From NCBI GenBank assembly GCA_964456535.1, contig CAYWBZ010000001.1:14522-55754 (forward strand): a DNA stretch of 41,233 nucleotides. Direction: 5' to 3'. The DNA is from an uncultured Woeseiaceae bacterium (GTDB lineage: Bacteria > Pseudomonadota > Gammaproteobacteria > Steroidobacterales > Woeseiaceae). The first letter of the stretch is position 1; each line of letters starts with the position of its first letter. Of the stretch, positions 26,274 through 34,879 are shown piece after piece. The notes under the pieces are model-generated. The model was not told the origin of the DNA, made no database searches, and saw only the letters and a program-made list of their open reading frames with translations. Made by a program: the position numbers and the translations under genes.

Positions 26274-26738
26274 TTGAGAATAACACTGACACGACGTCTG
26301 ACCATACTGACACTAACATTGATGGCATCGGTGATCTCGATTGGCGCTTTCGCGAACGAAGATGAGGCAGCCGCGCCCTCGTTGTATGAGCGACTAGGTG
26401 CTATGGAAAGTATCGCTCGGATCGTCAACGACACGATAGCCCTGCATCACAACAACCCGGATATCGCACATTTCTTTGAAGGCGTCGATGACGAGCAGCT
26501 GGCCCATCACGTCACCGCATTTTTTGCGGCGGGCACAGGTGGCCCGGCGAACTATGAGGGTCGCGACATGACCTCTACACATGCCTCAATGGATATGTCC
26601 GATGCACAATTCAGCTCTGCCGTGGCGGATGTCCTGAATGCTGCCGAAGCCAACGGCGTGGATGCAGATTCACGGGCGGATGTCGGCGCTATTCTCGAAT
26701 CCCTGCGCCCGGCCGTAATGGGTACAGTGGCTGAATGA
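26274..26738 (+). CDS. Group 1 truncated hemoglobin-like protein with an N-terminal signal peptide
   Basis: SLYERLGAMESIARIV...HFF...GGPANYEGRDMTSTH follows the trHbN pattern, including a proximal-His candidate. TTG start lies 6 nt after GGGAGAG. The leader is MRITLTRRLTILTLTLMASVISIGAFA. Confidence 0.75.
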   Translation: MRITLTRRLTILTLTLMASVISIGAFANEDEAAAPSLYERLGAMESIARIVNDTIALHHNNPDIAHFFEGVDDEQLAHHVTAFFAAGTGGPANYEGRDMTSTHASMDMSDAQFSSAVADVLNAAEANGVDADSRADVGAILESLRPAVMGTVAE

Positions 26739-28436
26739 TCAGGTCCCTGGAGGCATCAGGGGTGGCAATGGACTATCCATTGCCGCCTCAGTGTCTTCCA
26801 TCAATACGCCGATTGATCGAAGCGCCTTGGCTAGCGAACTCCCATTCCACTCTGAAGCACCACTTCCGTAGCTGCTGGCCGACAAGTTAAGCAACTCTTC
26901 TGACAGCGGCGATGCAACTCGTTTCGCAACATCTGCGACACTCCGCGGTGCATCGTCGGGCCATTGTAATCGGCCCCACTCAATTACCGCCGCGCGAACG
27001 CCGGCCTTGTCATCCGCCGCCGCAGCCTTTCTCGCAGCTTTGACGAACTTTGCCTGCTGCTTGTAGATCGGTGGGGGCTCCGGTTCTCTGGGCTCTCTTT
27101 TCGTTTCCCTGGACGACCACCACCAAGCCACCACGGTTAGCAACCAGACGCCCGCGATGAGCAGACTAACCCGTTTCCAGAATCCGTCGGGCGCGGGTTT
27201 GGCCTCAGGCTGGTCTGCACGTCCGTTATTGGCCAATTCGGCGTATTCCGGTTCCGCGGGCGGCGGAAGGATCGCTTCCGCAACAGGCGCATTAATTTCG
27301 ATCGTTCTTGATGGCAGACTTGCGATGCGCCACTCGCCCGTCTCGATATCCCACCACGGGACCTCAAGCTTGGGAATTTCTGCAGGCCCGCCACGCACAC
27401 CGATCATGGCGTACTGGTCTCTGCGTACACCGCGAATTCCCTCTGCCTCGAAAAAGCGCGTTAGATCCGGCTTGTCCGTGTATACATTCATGCCTTCAAT
27501 AACCGGCGGCTCAATCGCAGGAATTTGTGTTTCGATCTGGCCCAGTGCGCTGATCGTTACCTTGCGTGTCACCGGCTCGCCGGCCGCAACATCGTTCGGC
27601 TCTCTCGACCATTCCTCGCTGAGCCGAACATCTCGCGCTGGCAACCAGGCCGCATCGGGAAAGTCCGCAGGCGGTGCGGGAATCGGCAGTACCTTTACAG
27701 TATGTGCTTGTGACTCGAAGACCTTGCGACCCGTAATACGCCCATCACGCAATACGCGCGCTTCGAACCGCGCCGGCGAAATCGATATCTCGCCGCTCGC
27801 CTGCGGATAGATCGCGAGCACGCGTTCGATAACGTTATAGGCTTTGCCGTCCAAAATAGCTTCGTAACTGCGCTCATCACCCGCACGCTCGACCAGAACT
27901 TCGGCACCTGAAATAACCGGATCACGTCGCCCTTCCTGACGCGTTGCTACCGCCCGATAGACCTTGAACCGGTACAAAATTTGCGACTGCACGTAGGCCT
28001 CGGTCTGGTCGACTTCGCTGGAGATAAAGACGTCGGCTTCACCAGGAGGCGCGTTGGTCGGCTCGTTAATCGTGATAGAGATCGGCTGGCTCTTTTGATT
28101 GCCAACCGTGATCGCGGGAATCACCTGCTTACCGGTCGACTTCGCCATCAACGCTATCGTCCAGGTCCGACTACGGCGTATCTGGCCATTAATGATCGAT
28201 GTATTACTGAGTTGACTGAGCTGGCCACGATAGAACTTGTCGTCCAGTACCGTGAGGTCCGGCTCCATATCGATATTGGTATCGACGGTGAGTTCAAGGA
28301 CGAACGATTCGTTAAGGTCGACCGACGGACGATCTATCCGCGCTGTAACGTCTGCAGATGCATTCGTGACGACAGTGAGCAGCCCACACAGACCTAAAAG
28401 CGTATTGCGGATGAGTTTGCTATTAATCATTACCAC
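26739..28436 (-). CDS. batD: BatD-like protein
   Basis: Signal peptide, large beta-rich ectodomain, one C-terminal TM helix (LLIAGVWLLTVVAWWW). It is the terminal gene of the Bat-type operon. Confidence 0.75.
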   Translation of the reverse strand: MVMINSKLIRNTLLGLCGLLTVVTNASADVTARIDRPSVDLNESFVLELTVDTNIDMEPDLTVLDDKFYRGQLSQLSNTSIINGQIRRSRTWTIALMAKSTGKQVIPAITVGNQKSQPISITINEPTNAPPGEADVFISSEVDQTEAYVQSQILYRFKVYRAVATRQEGRRDPVISGAEVLVERAGDERSYEAILDGKAYNVIERVLAIYPQASGEISISPARFEARVLRDGRITGRKVFESQAHTVKVLPIPAPPADFPDAAWLPARDVRLSEEWSREPNDVAAGEPVTRKVTISALGQIETQIPAIEPPVIEGMNVYTDKPDLTRFFEAEGIRGVRRDQYAMIGVRGGPAEIPKLEVPWWDIETGEWRIASLPSRTIEINAPVAEAILPPPAEPEYAELANNGRADQPEAKPAPDGFWKRVSLLIAGVWLLTVVAWWWSSRETKREPREPEPPPIYKQQAKFVKAARKAAAADDKAGVRAAVIEWGRLQWPDDAPRSVADVAKRVASPLSEELLNLSASSYGSGASEWNGSSLAKALRSIGVLMEDTEAAMDSPLPPLMPPGT

Positions 28437-30256
28437 GGTTGTACCTCATTGTCTGGCCACACACTGTTGCCGTCCTGATCTTTTCCGGTGCGCTGGTACT
28501 GATGCCTGAATTTCCTGCGTAACAAGCCGCCCGGATCGTCCGGAATGCGGCGCAGCCATTGTTCCATCGCCTGTTCTTGTTCTTGTTGCTGCCGCAATTC
28601 GGCAAGCTCTGCTTCCGTCATTTGTTGTGGCTGCTCGCCTGCTTCGGCCTCTTTTGCAGCGCGCTGCAATTCTTCCTGCAATGCCTGCATGTCTTCTTCG
28701 CTCATTTCGTCGCCGCTTTCTGACGAGTCACTTTCCTCAGATTTGCTGTCAGTCTGGGATTCACCTTCTTCGCCCTGTTGGTCGGACTGGTCCTCTGAAT
28801 CCGATTGCTCGCCTTCACCGCCCGGATTTTCGGTCGACTGTTGATCATCTCCCTGATTTTGCTGCTCTTGTTCCTGTTGCTCTTTCATTCCCTGCACAAG
28901 CTCAAGGTTGTAAGCCGCATCCTCATTGTCGGGCTCGACTTCGAGCACCCGCTCATAGGCATCAATCGCCGCATCAAGTTCACCCTGATAGGCCTTCGCG
29001 TTGCCGAGGTTGTAGAGATTTCGCGTATCTTTTTTCTCGGAAAAGACCTTGGCGCTACCCGCGTAGTCGCCAGCTTGATAGTCAGCAACGGCCTGCCAGT
29101 CCAGGCTCTCAAATAATGCCGCCGCTTCGCTGGCGTTACCGGCCTCAAGTTGCTTCTGTCCCTGCTGATCCTTGTTCAGCCAGAGGTCACTCCACGTCGC
29201 TGCAAATGCGGGTTGTGGCATCGGCATGATGAAAATAATCACAACCAGTACCCAGCCACGACGAAACGCCAGTGCTGCAAGCGGCAGCAATAACAGTAAC
29301 AACCAGGGTCCTTCCTCTTGCCAGCGATCAGTTGCCAGAGCGTCATCACCCATAGCAGCGCCGGCACCGGAAATTTCGCCGGACAATAAAATATCCAGGT
29401 CTTTGTCGTCCGCTGAAATGCGTGAGTAGCGACCACCACCTGCACCGGCGAGCGTACGCAAGCCGCGCTCTTCCAGTCTGGGCACCGCGATCTGGCCGCG
29501 GTTGTCGGTCACAAACCCACCCGTTACTCGAGGGATCGGTGCGCCTTCAGTCGTACCAACACCCAAGATTGACAAGGTATAACCTGCTGCTTTGAGATCT
29601 CGTGCCGCCGCGGAGGCTGCTGGCGAGGAGCCTCCATCGGTTATCAGCAGTACTTCTCCGTAACCGGCTTTAGCCTGATCAAGCAGTTGCCTGCCTTTTG
29701 CAATGGCAACCTCCGGGTAGCTGCCACGGCTTGGCATGATATCGGTACCCAGGCTGTTAACCAGCGATGCAATGGTGTCGTTATCGGTGGTCAACGGCGT
29801 GACGGTAAAGGCATTGGCCGAATAAACCACCAGTGCTGTCTGGCCGCTCTGACGGCGTTCGAGCATATCGAGAATCTTCAGTTTGGCACGCAGCAGGCGA
29901 CTCGGCGCGACGTCCTGCGCATCCATGGAGCGCGACAGGTCGATCGCTACGACGAGCGCCTGCTCGTCCCTGAAGACCGGTTGTTCAATACGTTGCCATG
30001 CGGGCCCAGCCAGAGCGACCAAAGCGATCACACCGCCGAGCCCCATCAACCACCAACGGTGATCGGTTCCGCGACCCGGATCGCGAGACAGTACGTACGG
30101 CATAAGTACGGGATCGATAACCGCTTGCCAGTTGCCGGAGCCCAGTTTGCCGCGCGCGAGCAATACGGCCAGCACAACAAGAACCGGTATTGCGTACAAC
30201 CACTCGGGGCGTATCCAGTGAAAGTCAGCTGGCACTGGTTTGCACCTCGCTGGCAC
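28430..30256 (-). CDS. VWA + TPR protein (BatB/BatC-like fusion) with an acidic C-terminal tail
   Basis: N-terminal TM helices. MIDAS motif DLSRSMD. TPR repeats (YNLGNAKAYQGELDAAIDAYERVLEVEPDN). Long Q/E/D/S-rich tail. Confidence 0.85.
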   Translation of the reverse strand: MPARCKPVPADFHWIRPEWLYAIPVLVVLAVLLARGKLGSGNWQAVIDPVLMPYVLSRDPGRGTDHRWWLMGLGGVIALVALAGPAWQRIEQPVFRDEQALVVAIDLSRSMDAQDVAPSRLLRAKLKILDMLERRQSGQTALVVYSANAFTVTPLTTDNDTIASLVNSLGTDIMPSRGSYPEVAIAKGRQLLDQAKAGYGEVLLITDGGSSPAASAAARDLKAAGYTLSILGVGTTEGAPIPRVTGGFVTDNRGQIAVPRLEERGLRTLAGAGGGRYSRISADDKDLDILLSGEISGAGAAMGDDALATDRWQEEGPWLLLLLLPLAALAFRRGWVLVVIIFIMPMPQPAFAATWSDLWLNKDQQGQKQLEAGNASEAAALFESLDWQAVADYQAGDYAGSAKVFSEKKDTRNLYNLGNAKAYQGELDAAIDAYERVLEVEPDNEDAAYNLELVQGMKEQQEQEQQNQGDDQQSTENPGGEGEQSDSEDQSDQQGEEGESQTDSKSEESDSSESGDEMSEEDMQALQEELQRAAKEAEAGEQPQQMTEAELAELRQQQEQEQAMEQWLRRIPDDPGGLLRRKFRHQYQRTGKDQDGNSVWPDNEVQPW

Positions 30257-31259
30257 GGCGAACAGCGATTCGCTTCAAGAGGCTGATCAGGCTCATCAGG
30301 GTGACCAACAAGACCGCCAGACCCAATGGATAAAAGTAGTACGACTTAACTGGCCGAAATCCTGACTCGGGCTCCTCGACGGGCTCAAGCTCATCAACAA
30401 GCTTATAGATGTCCTGCAAACTCGCCGTATCGGTTGCCCGAAAATAGCGACCACCGGTCAGCTGCGCGATCTGGGTCAGCGTGTCTTCGTCGAGATCCGC
30501 TGACGGGTTGATACGGCGCCGGCCACCAATGAGTGAGGACACTTCGAGTTGTTCGGCACCGATACCAATCGTGTAGATGCGCAAGCCGACCTGCTGCGCG
30601 AGCTGCGCCGCTTTGAGTGGCTGCACTTCGCCCGCCGTATTAGCGCCGTCGGTGAGAAGCACCAGAACCTGCTCGCCCTCATCTTTCTTTTGCTCATGTA
30701 TGCGACGGACTGCCAATGTAATCGCATCACCAATCGCCGTCTTTTCGCCCGCAAGGCCGATGAAGGCTTCCATCAACAGAATATTGACGGTCTCTCGATC
30801 CAGCGTCAGTGGCACCTGCAGGTAGGCGCGCTCGCCGAACAAGATAAGTCCTATGCGATCACCTTCGCGGCGCTCGATGAAGTCGCTGGCTACCGCCTTC
30901 GTTGCCGTCAACCGGTCAACACGCCGACCAACGAGCTCAAAGTCTTTCTGATCCATGCTGCCCGACAAATCCACTGCCAGCATCAGGTTGCGACCAGCGA
31001 CCGGTACATCAAGTTCTTCGCCAATGCGTTCCGGACGCGCGGCGGCGAGGACCAGCAGCATCCATGCGATGACTGCAATCCAGAAACGCCAGTTGAGTAA
31101 CTGCTCTGTCCCCGAGCGATCCTTGAGCGTCGAAAAACTCTCGATGCTCGGTACGCGCAGGCCTGCCTCGGACAGGCCTTTGGCCTCCGGCAGCAAATAG
31201 CGAAAAATCAGCGGCAACGGCAGCGCGAGCAAGACCCAGGGCCAGGCGAGAGACCACAT
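30225..31259 (-). CDS. VWA domain membrane protein (BatA-like)
   Basis: N-terminal TM helices. MIDAS motif VDLSGSMD. C-terminal TM helix. Confidence 0.85.
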   Translation of the reverse strand: MWSLAWPWVLLALPLPLIFRYLLPEAKGLSEAGLRVPSIESFSTLKDRSGTEQLLNWRFWIAVIAWMLLVLAAARPERIGEELDVPVAGRNLMLAVDLSGSMDQKDFELVGRRVDRLTATKAVASDFIERREGDRIGLILFGERAYLQVPLTLDRETVNILLMEAFIGLAGEKTAIGDAITLAVRRIHEQKKDEGEQVLVLLTDGANTAGEVQPLKAAQLAQQVGLRIYTIGIGAEQLEVSSLIGGRRRINPSADLDEDTLTQIAQLTGGRYFRATDTASLQDIYKLVDELEPVEEPESGFRPVKSYYFYPLGLAVLLVTLMSLISLLKRIAVRRASEVQTSAS

Positions 31260-31750
31260 CAGCCGGCACCCCGGATCGGCGTAGCCAGACGCATTCTTAC
31301 AGCAGCCAGTAGTGCGTTGATATCAAGGTCGCTGAAATCGCCGTCGGGATCCCGGTACGGCAGCTGCAGAAGGCTCTTGCCACCCTCTGTATGGAAATAC
31401 GGCACTGGCAAACCCTGATCCAGCCATTTGAGCCAGGAATCGCCTGTGAGGCCGGCAACTTCGTGTCGCGGTGCATAAGCGAGCATGCCACGGCGCAATA
31501 GCAGAGAAACCTGCCGGCCCAGTGCGACAGGGTTACGATTTGTGAGATATTCAGCCTCAACCTCCGCCAGAGCGCGAATCGCATAGCGACGTGGTGCGTT
31601 GAATCGCCGCTTTCGCCACGCAAGCAACAGCAACCAGCCAAGCCCGAACAATGCGAGTGCGATGAGCAGCCACCAACCCGGCGCCAGTGGCCACCAGCCT
31701 ACGGGTTCAGGCAGGTGTAAATCTCGCAAGCTAAGCTGGGTCGGATCCAT
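31259..31750 (-). CDS. DUF4381 domain membrane protein
   Basis: Single TM helix (WWLLIALALFGLGWLLLLAW). It occupies the conserved position between the DUF58 and VWA genes. Start and stop overlap both neighbours. Confidence 0.7.
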   Translation of the reverse strand: MDPTQLSLRDLHLPEPVGWWPLAPGWWLLIALALFGLGWLLLLAWRKRRFNAPRRYAIRALAEVEAEYLTNRNPVALGRQVSLLLRRGMLAYAPRHEVAGLTGDSWLKWLDQGLPVPYFHTEGGKSLLQLPYRDPDGDFSDLDINALLAAVRMRLATPIRGAG

Positions 31751-32688
31751 CAGTGACTCCGACGTCCAAGTGCAGTTTGCAGCGTCGAAACCGGGTCGTC
31801 ATCAGTAGACATAGGCATCAAATGCACGCCGTAACGGTGGCAAAATGCCTCCAGCACGTGCGATCGCTCCGCGAACTCGTGTTCGTAATCACGTCGTGCG
31901 GCAGCAGCGTACGTGTCGATCGCCAGTTCATCATTGGGCGATACGATGCGGTAGCGTCCCGGCGGCGGTAATTTCCGCTCCAGCGGATCGTTCATGAAAA
32001 CAGCCAGCACTTCGTTATGACGAGCCACACTGGAAAGATACGATTGCGCAGCGCGATCGAACCCAATGAAGTCACTGATAACAACGACCAGGCTACCCGG
32101 CCTTGCAACACGACGCAGCGACGACATCGCCCGCGCAAAGGGGTCAGAGCCCTCCGGGATACCGCGATTTGTCCAGTCCGGGTGTTCTGCGAGCTGGTGC
32201 ACGAATCGCAATGCCGCGCGTCGCCCCAGTCTCGGCTTCAATTCTCGATGCGTTGTGTCACCAAAGATCAATCCGCCCAGTCGATCGCCGCGATGGTGCG
32301 CCGCCCAAGATATCAGCGCCGCCGCGCGACTCGCGTTCACAGACTTGAAACAGCCGCGGGTTGCAAAATGCATGTTGGAGCGAAGGTCCACAACGACGAG
32401 AACGGGTCGCTCGCGCTCTTCGCGAAATAATTTTGTATACGCCGTCGTGCTGCGCGCGGTGACACGCCAGTCGATGCTGCGCGGATCGTCGCCCGGTTGA
32501 TAAGGGCGCGATTCATCGAATTCCATGCCACGACCCCGAAAGTGCGAGACATAGGCACCAGTCTGCAACGAGTTCACTCGCAGCACATTGAGAGCGATCG
32601 CTCTCGCCGGGCCGTTGAGACGAATCAATCCTGCCTGGCTTACGCTGACCGGCGATGCATCTTCATATAGGTGGTCGAGCCGGGGCAC
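31750..32688 (-). CDS. DUF58 domain protein
   Basis: YQPGDDPRSIDWRVTAR...LFREERERPVLVVVD signature of DUF58. Confidence 0.9.
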   Translation of the reverse strand: MPRLDHLYEDASPVSVSQAGLIRLNGPARAIALNVLRVNSLQTGAYVSHFRGRGMEFDESRPYQPGDDPRSIDWRVTARSTTAYTKLFREERERPVLVVVDLRSNMHFATRGCFKSVNASRAAALISWAAHHRGDRLGGLIFGDTTHRELKPRLGRRAALRFVHQLAEHPDWTNRGIPEGSDPFARAMSSLRRVARPGSLVVVISDFIGFDRAAQSYLSSVARHNEVLAVFMNDPLERKLPPPGRYRIVSPNDELAIDTYAAAARRDYEHEFAERSHVLEAFCHRYGVHLMPMSTDDDPVSTLQTALGRRSH

Positions 32689-33656
32689 TAGGGCACTCCG
32701 ACGCCATCCAGAACGCCCGCGACGATAGAGTTCGAATCCACGCCATCCGCCTCTGCTTCGAAGCTCAAGACCAGTCTGTGACGCAGAACATCGGGCGCAA
32801 CCGCCTGAATGTCTTCCGGTCCGACGAAGTCACGACCTGAAAGCCAGGCATGCGCACGTGCCGCCCGGTCAATACCCATACTGGCACGTGGACTCGCACC
32901 GTATAGAACCTGACCCTCCAAATCGGCGTTTACCGCTCCCGGGTTCCGGGTAGCAACAACGACATTGACGATATATTCCTCAAGCTCCGGCGCCAAATGC
33001 AGGTTCAGGATGTCCTGACGCGCCGTCATGATCGACTCCATCGACAACAACTCTGGCGGCTGGAACATGTCACGCTCGGCTTGTTTGGCTTCGTCCCGGT
33101 TCAACACCAGAATTCGGCGCTCGTCTTCGATCGTCGGGTAACCCACCTCGACGTGTAACAGGAAGCGGTCAAGCTGCGCTTCAGGCAGAGGATAAGTGCC
33201 TTCCTGCTCAATCGGGTTTTGCGTGGCCATGACCATGAACAGACTTTCCAGCGGATAGCTCTGATCACCGACCGAAATTTGCCGCTCTTCCATCGCCTCG
33301 AGCAAAGCGGACTGTACCTTTGCGGGAGCGCGGTTGATCTCATCGGCAAGAATCAGGTTATGAAACAGCGGACCCTTTCGAAACTCAAAGGTACCTTCCT
33401 GCGGGCGATAGATGTCGGTACCGGTCAAATCAGCCGGCAGCAGGTCAGGCGTGAATTGCAGGCGATGGAAATCACCCTCGATGCTTTCCGCGAGCACTTT
33501 AATGGCGCGCGTCTTGGCAAGACCCGGTGCGCCCTCAACGAGAAGGTGTCCGTCACACAAGAGCGCGATCAACATACGATTGATCAAATGAGCCTGACCG
33601 ATGATCAACCCACTCACGTGAGTTTCAAGTTTTTGGAAGTGTTCTCTGACGCTCAT
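32688..33656 (-). CDS. moxR: MoxR-family AAA+ ATPase
   Basis: Walker A GAPGLAKT, Walker B LILADEINRA, and the MoxR-typical C-terminal region. Confidence 0.95.
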   Translation of the reverse strand: MSVREHFQKLETHVSGLIIGQAHLINRMLIALLCDGHLLVEGAPGLAKTRAIKVLAESIEGDFHRLQFTPDLLPADLTGTDIYRPQEGTFEFRKGPLFHNLILADEINRAPAKVQSALLEAMEERQISVGDQSYPLESLFMVMATQNPIEQEGTYPLPEAQLDRFLLHVEVGYPTIEDERRILVLNRDEAKQAERDMFQPPELLSMESIMTARQDILNLHLAPELEEYIVNVVVATRNPGAVNADLEGQVLYGASPRASMGIDRAARAHAWLSGRDFVGPEDIQAVAPDVLRHRLVLSFEAEADGVDSNSIVAGVLDGVGVP

Positions 33657-33686
33657 TAATTACTCCGAAGGATACAGCGGCGTGCC

Positions 33687-33715
33687 ATTCTAGTGAGGAT
33701 GCATGGGAAGACCAA
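33687..33715 (-). promoter_or_regulatory. Candidate sigma-70 promoter of the moxR/Bat operon
   Basis: On the minus strand: TTGGTC, 17-nt spacer, TAGAAT. It lies about 30 nt upstream of the GGAG Shine-Dalgarno and ATG of moxR. Confidence 0.4.
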
Positions 33716-33798
33716 CCGGTCGCATCATTTTTTTCTCAATTTTTCTGACTCAGTTAAGTAGTATTGGCCCCAATTCCGACCACAGATAAGCGATTCCA

Positions 33799-34380
33799 TT
33801 GCATCAGCCTGAAAAAAAGCCTGTTTCTGCGCAAAAACTGCCCTTGCTGGGCCTGCTCCTGTTCAGCGCTTTGGGTGCTTGTGAACCGGCTGCTGTAGAG
33901 CAACCCGCCCCGTCGCCAGCGCTTGTCGGTTCCGGCTGCGGCGAAAACGGTGCTCTGCAAACAACATTGTTCGGTAGCTTAGAGACCACCGTAAGCTGGT
34001 CGGGTTCCGAGATGATTTGCGAAAGTATGCTCCGGCCAGATGGGCAAGGCATTCGATTGCGGTTTGCAGGAGACGTGGCCGGCGAGCGACTCGCGATCAT
34101 TATTGCTGTTCCGAGCCTGGTATCGCGTGAGCCCGCAGCCGGATTGCCGAGCAACGTAACGATTACCGTGGAAGGTAGTGGGCGATTTTTTAGCACACCG
34201 AACCTCGATTCTTGCTGGATGGACGTCATTTCACAGACTGCCGTACCAGGCAAAGATGACTCCTATGACATTTCAGGGACGCTCTATTGTTTGTCGCCGT
34301 TGGGCGAAGTAAACGGCGATACCGCCGTATCTGTACCCGAATTGTCGTTCACCACAATCGTTAATTGGGAAGATAAATGA
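33799..34380 (+). CDS. Hypothetical lipoprotein
   Basis: TTG start. KKPVSAQKLPLLGLLLFSALGAC lipoprotein signal. ATGA overlap with the DUF192 gene. Confidence 0.6.
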   Translation: MHQPEKKPVSAQKLPLLGLLLFSALGACEPAAVEQPAPSPALVGSGCGENGALQTTLFGSLETTVSWSGSEMICESMLRPDGQGIRLRFAGDVAGERLAIIIAVPSLVSREPAAGLPSNVTITVEGSGRFFSTPNLDSCWMDVISQTAVPGKDDSYDISGTLYCLSPLGEVNGDTAVSVPELSFTTIVNWEDK

Positions 34381-34874
34381 CACGTACCCTGTCTATCCTC
34401 ATTTGTGCCAGTGCGCTGGTCGCGAGTCTTGCCGCTTGCGTTGAGCCGCAAGAATCAACATCTACCCGGGTCACATCTCTGGACAGTGAATTCGGCCGCG
34501 GTACATTGACGATCGAATCCGACGATGGCGCTCATCACGAATTCGACATCTATCTCGCGGTTGACGTTGATCAGCAGCGCCGCGGTCTGATGTTCGTGCG
34601 CAAGATGCCGGAGGACACCGGAATGTTGTTCGTTTATGAGCTTAGCGAAAAGCACTCCATGTGGATGAAGAACACTTATATACCGCTGGACATGGTTTTC
34701 GCCCGGGCCGATGGCACGATCTCATCTGTCATTCACGACACCCAACCCTTGTCACTCACGTCCCAAAGCTCGATCGAGCCGGTCAACTATGTGCTGGAGC
34801 TGAATGCTGGTACTGCAAGGCGGCTGAATATTGGTCGAAAGAGTCGCATCACATGGGAAGCAGCGAATGACTAG
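34377..34874 (+). CDS. DUF192 domain lipoprotein
   Basis: Lipobox LAAC. MWMKNTYIPLDMVF motif characteristic of DUF192. Confidence 0.85.
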   Translation: MTRTLSILICASALVASLAACVEPQESTSTRVTSLDSEFGRGTLTIESDDGAHHEFDIYLAVDVDQQRRGLMFVRKMPEDTGMLFVYELSEKHSMWMKNTYIPLDMVFARADGTISSVIHDTQPLSLTSQSSIEPVNYVLELNAGTARRLNIGRKSRITWEAAND

Positions 34875-34879
34875 CAGCG

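Noticed and set aside
28560-28900. Repetitive, low-complexity DNA (CTTGTTCTTGTTGCTG-like runs) that could suggest a repeat array.
   Set aside because: It is the coding sequence for the Q/E/D/S-rich tail of the VWA/TPR protein. There is no spacer-repeat periodicity, so it is not a CRISPR array or a tandem non-coding repeat.
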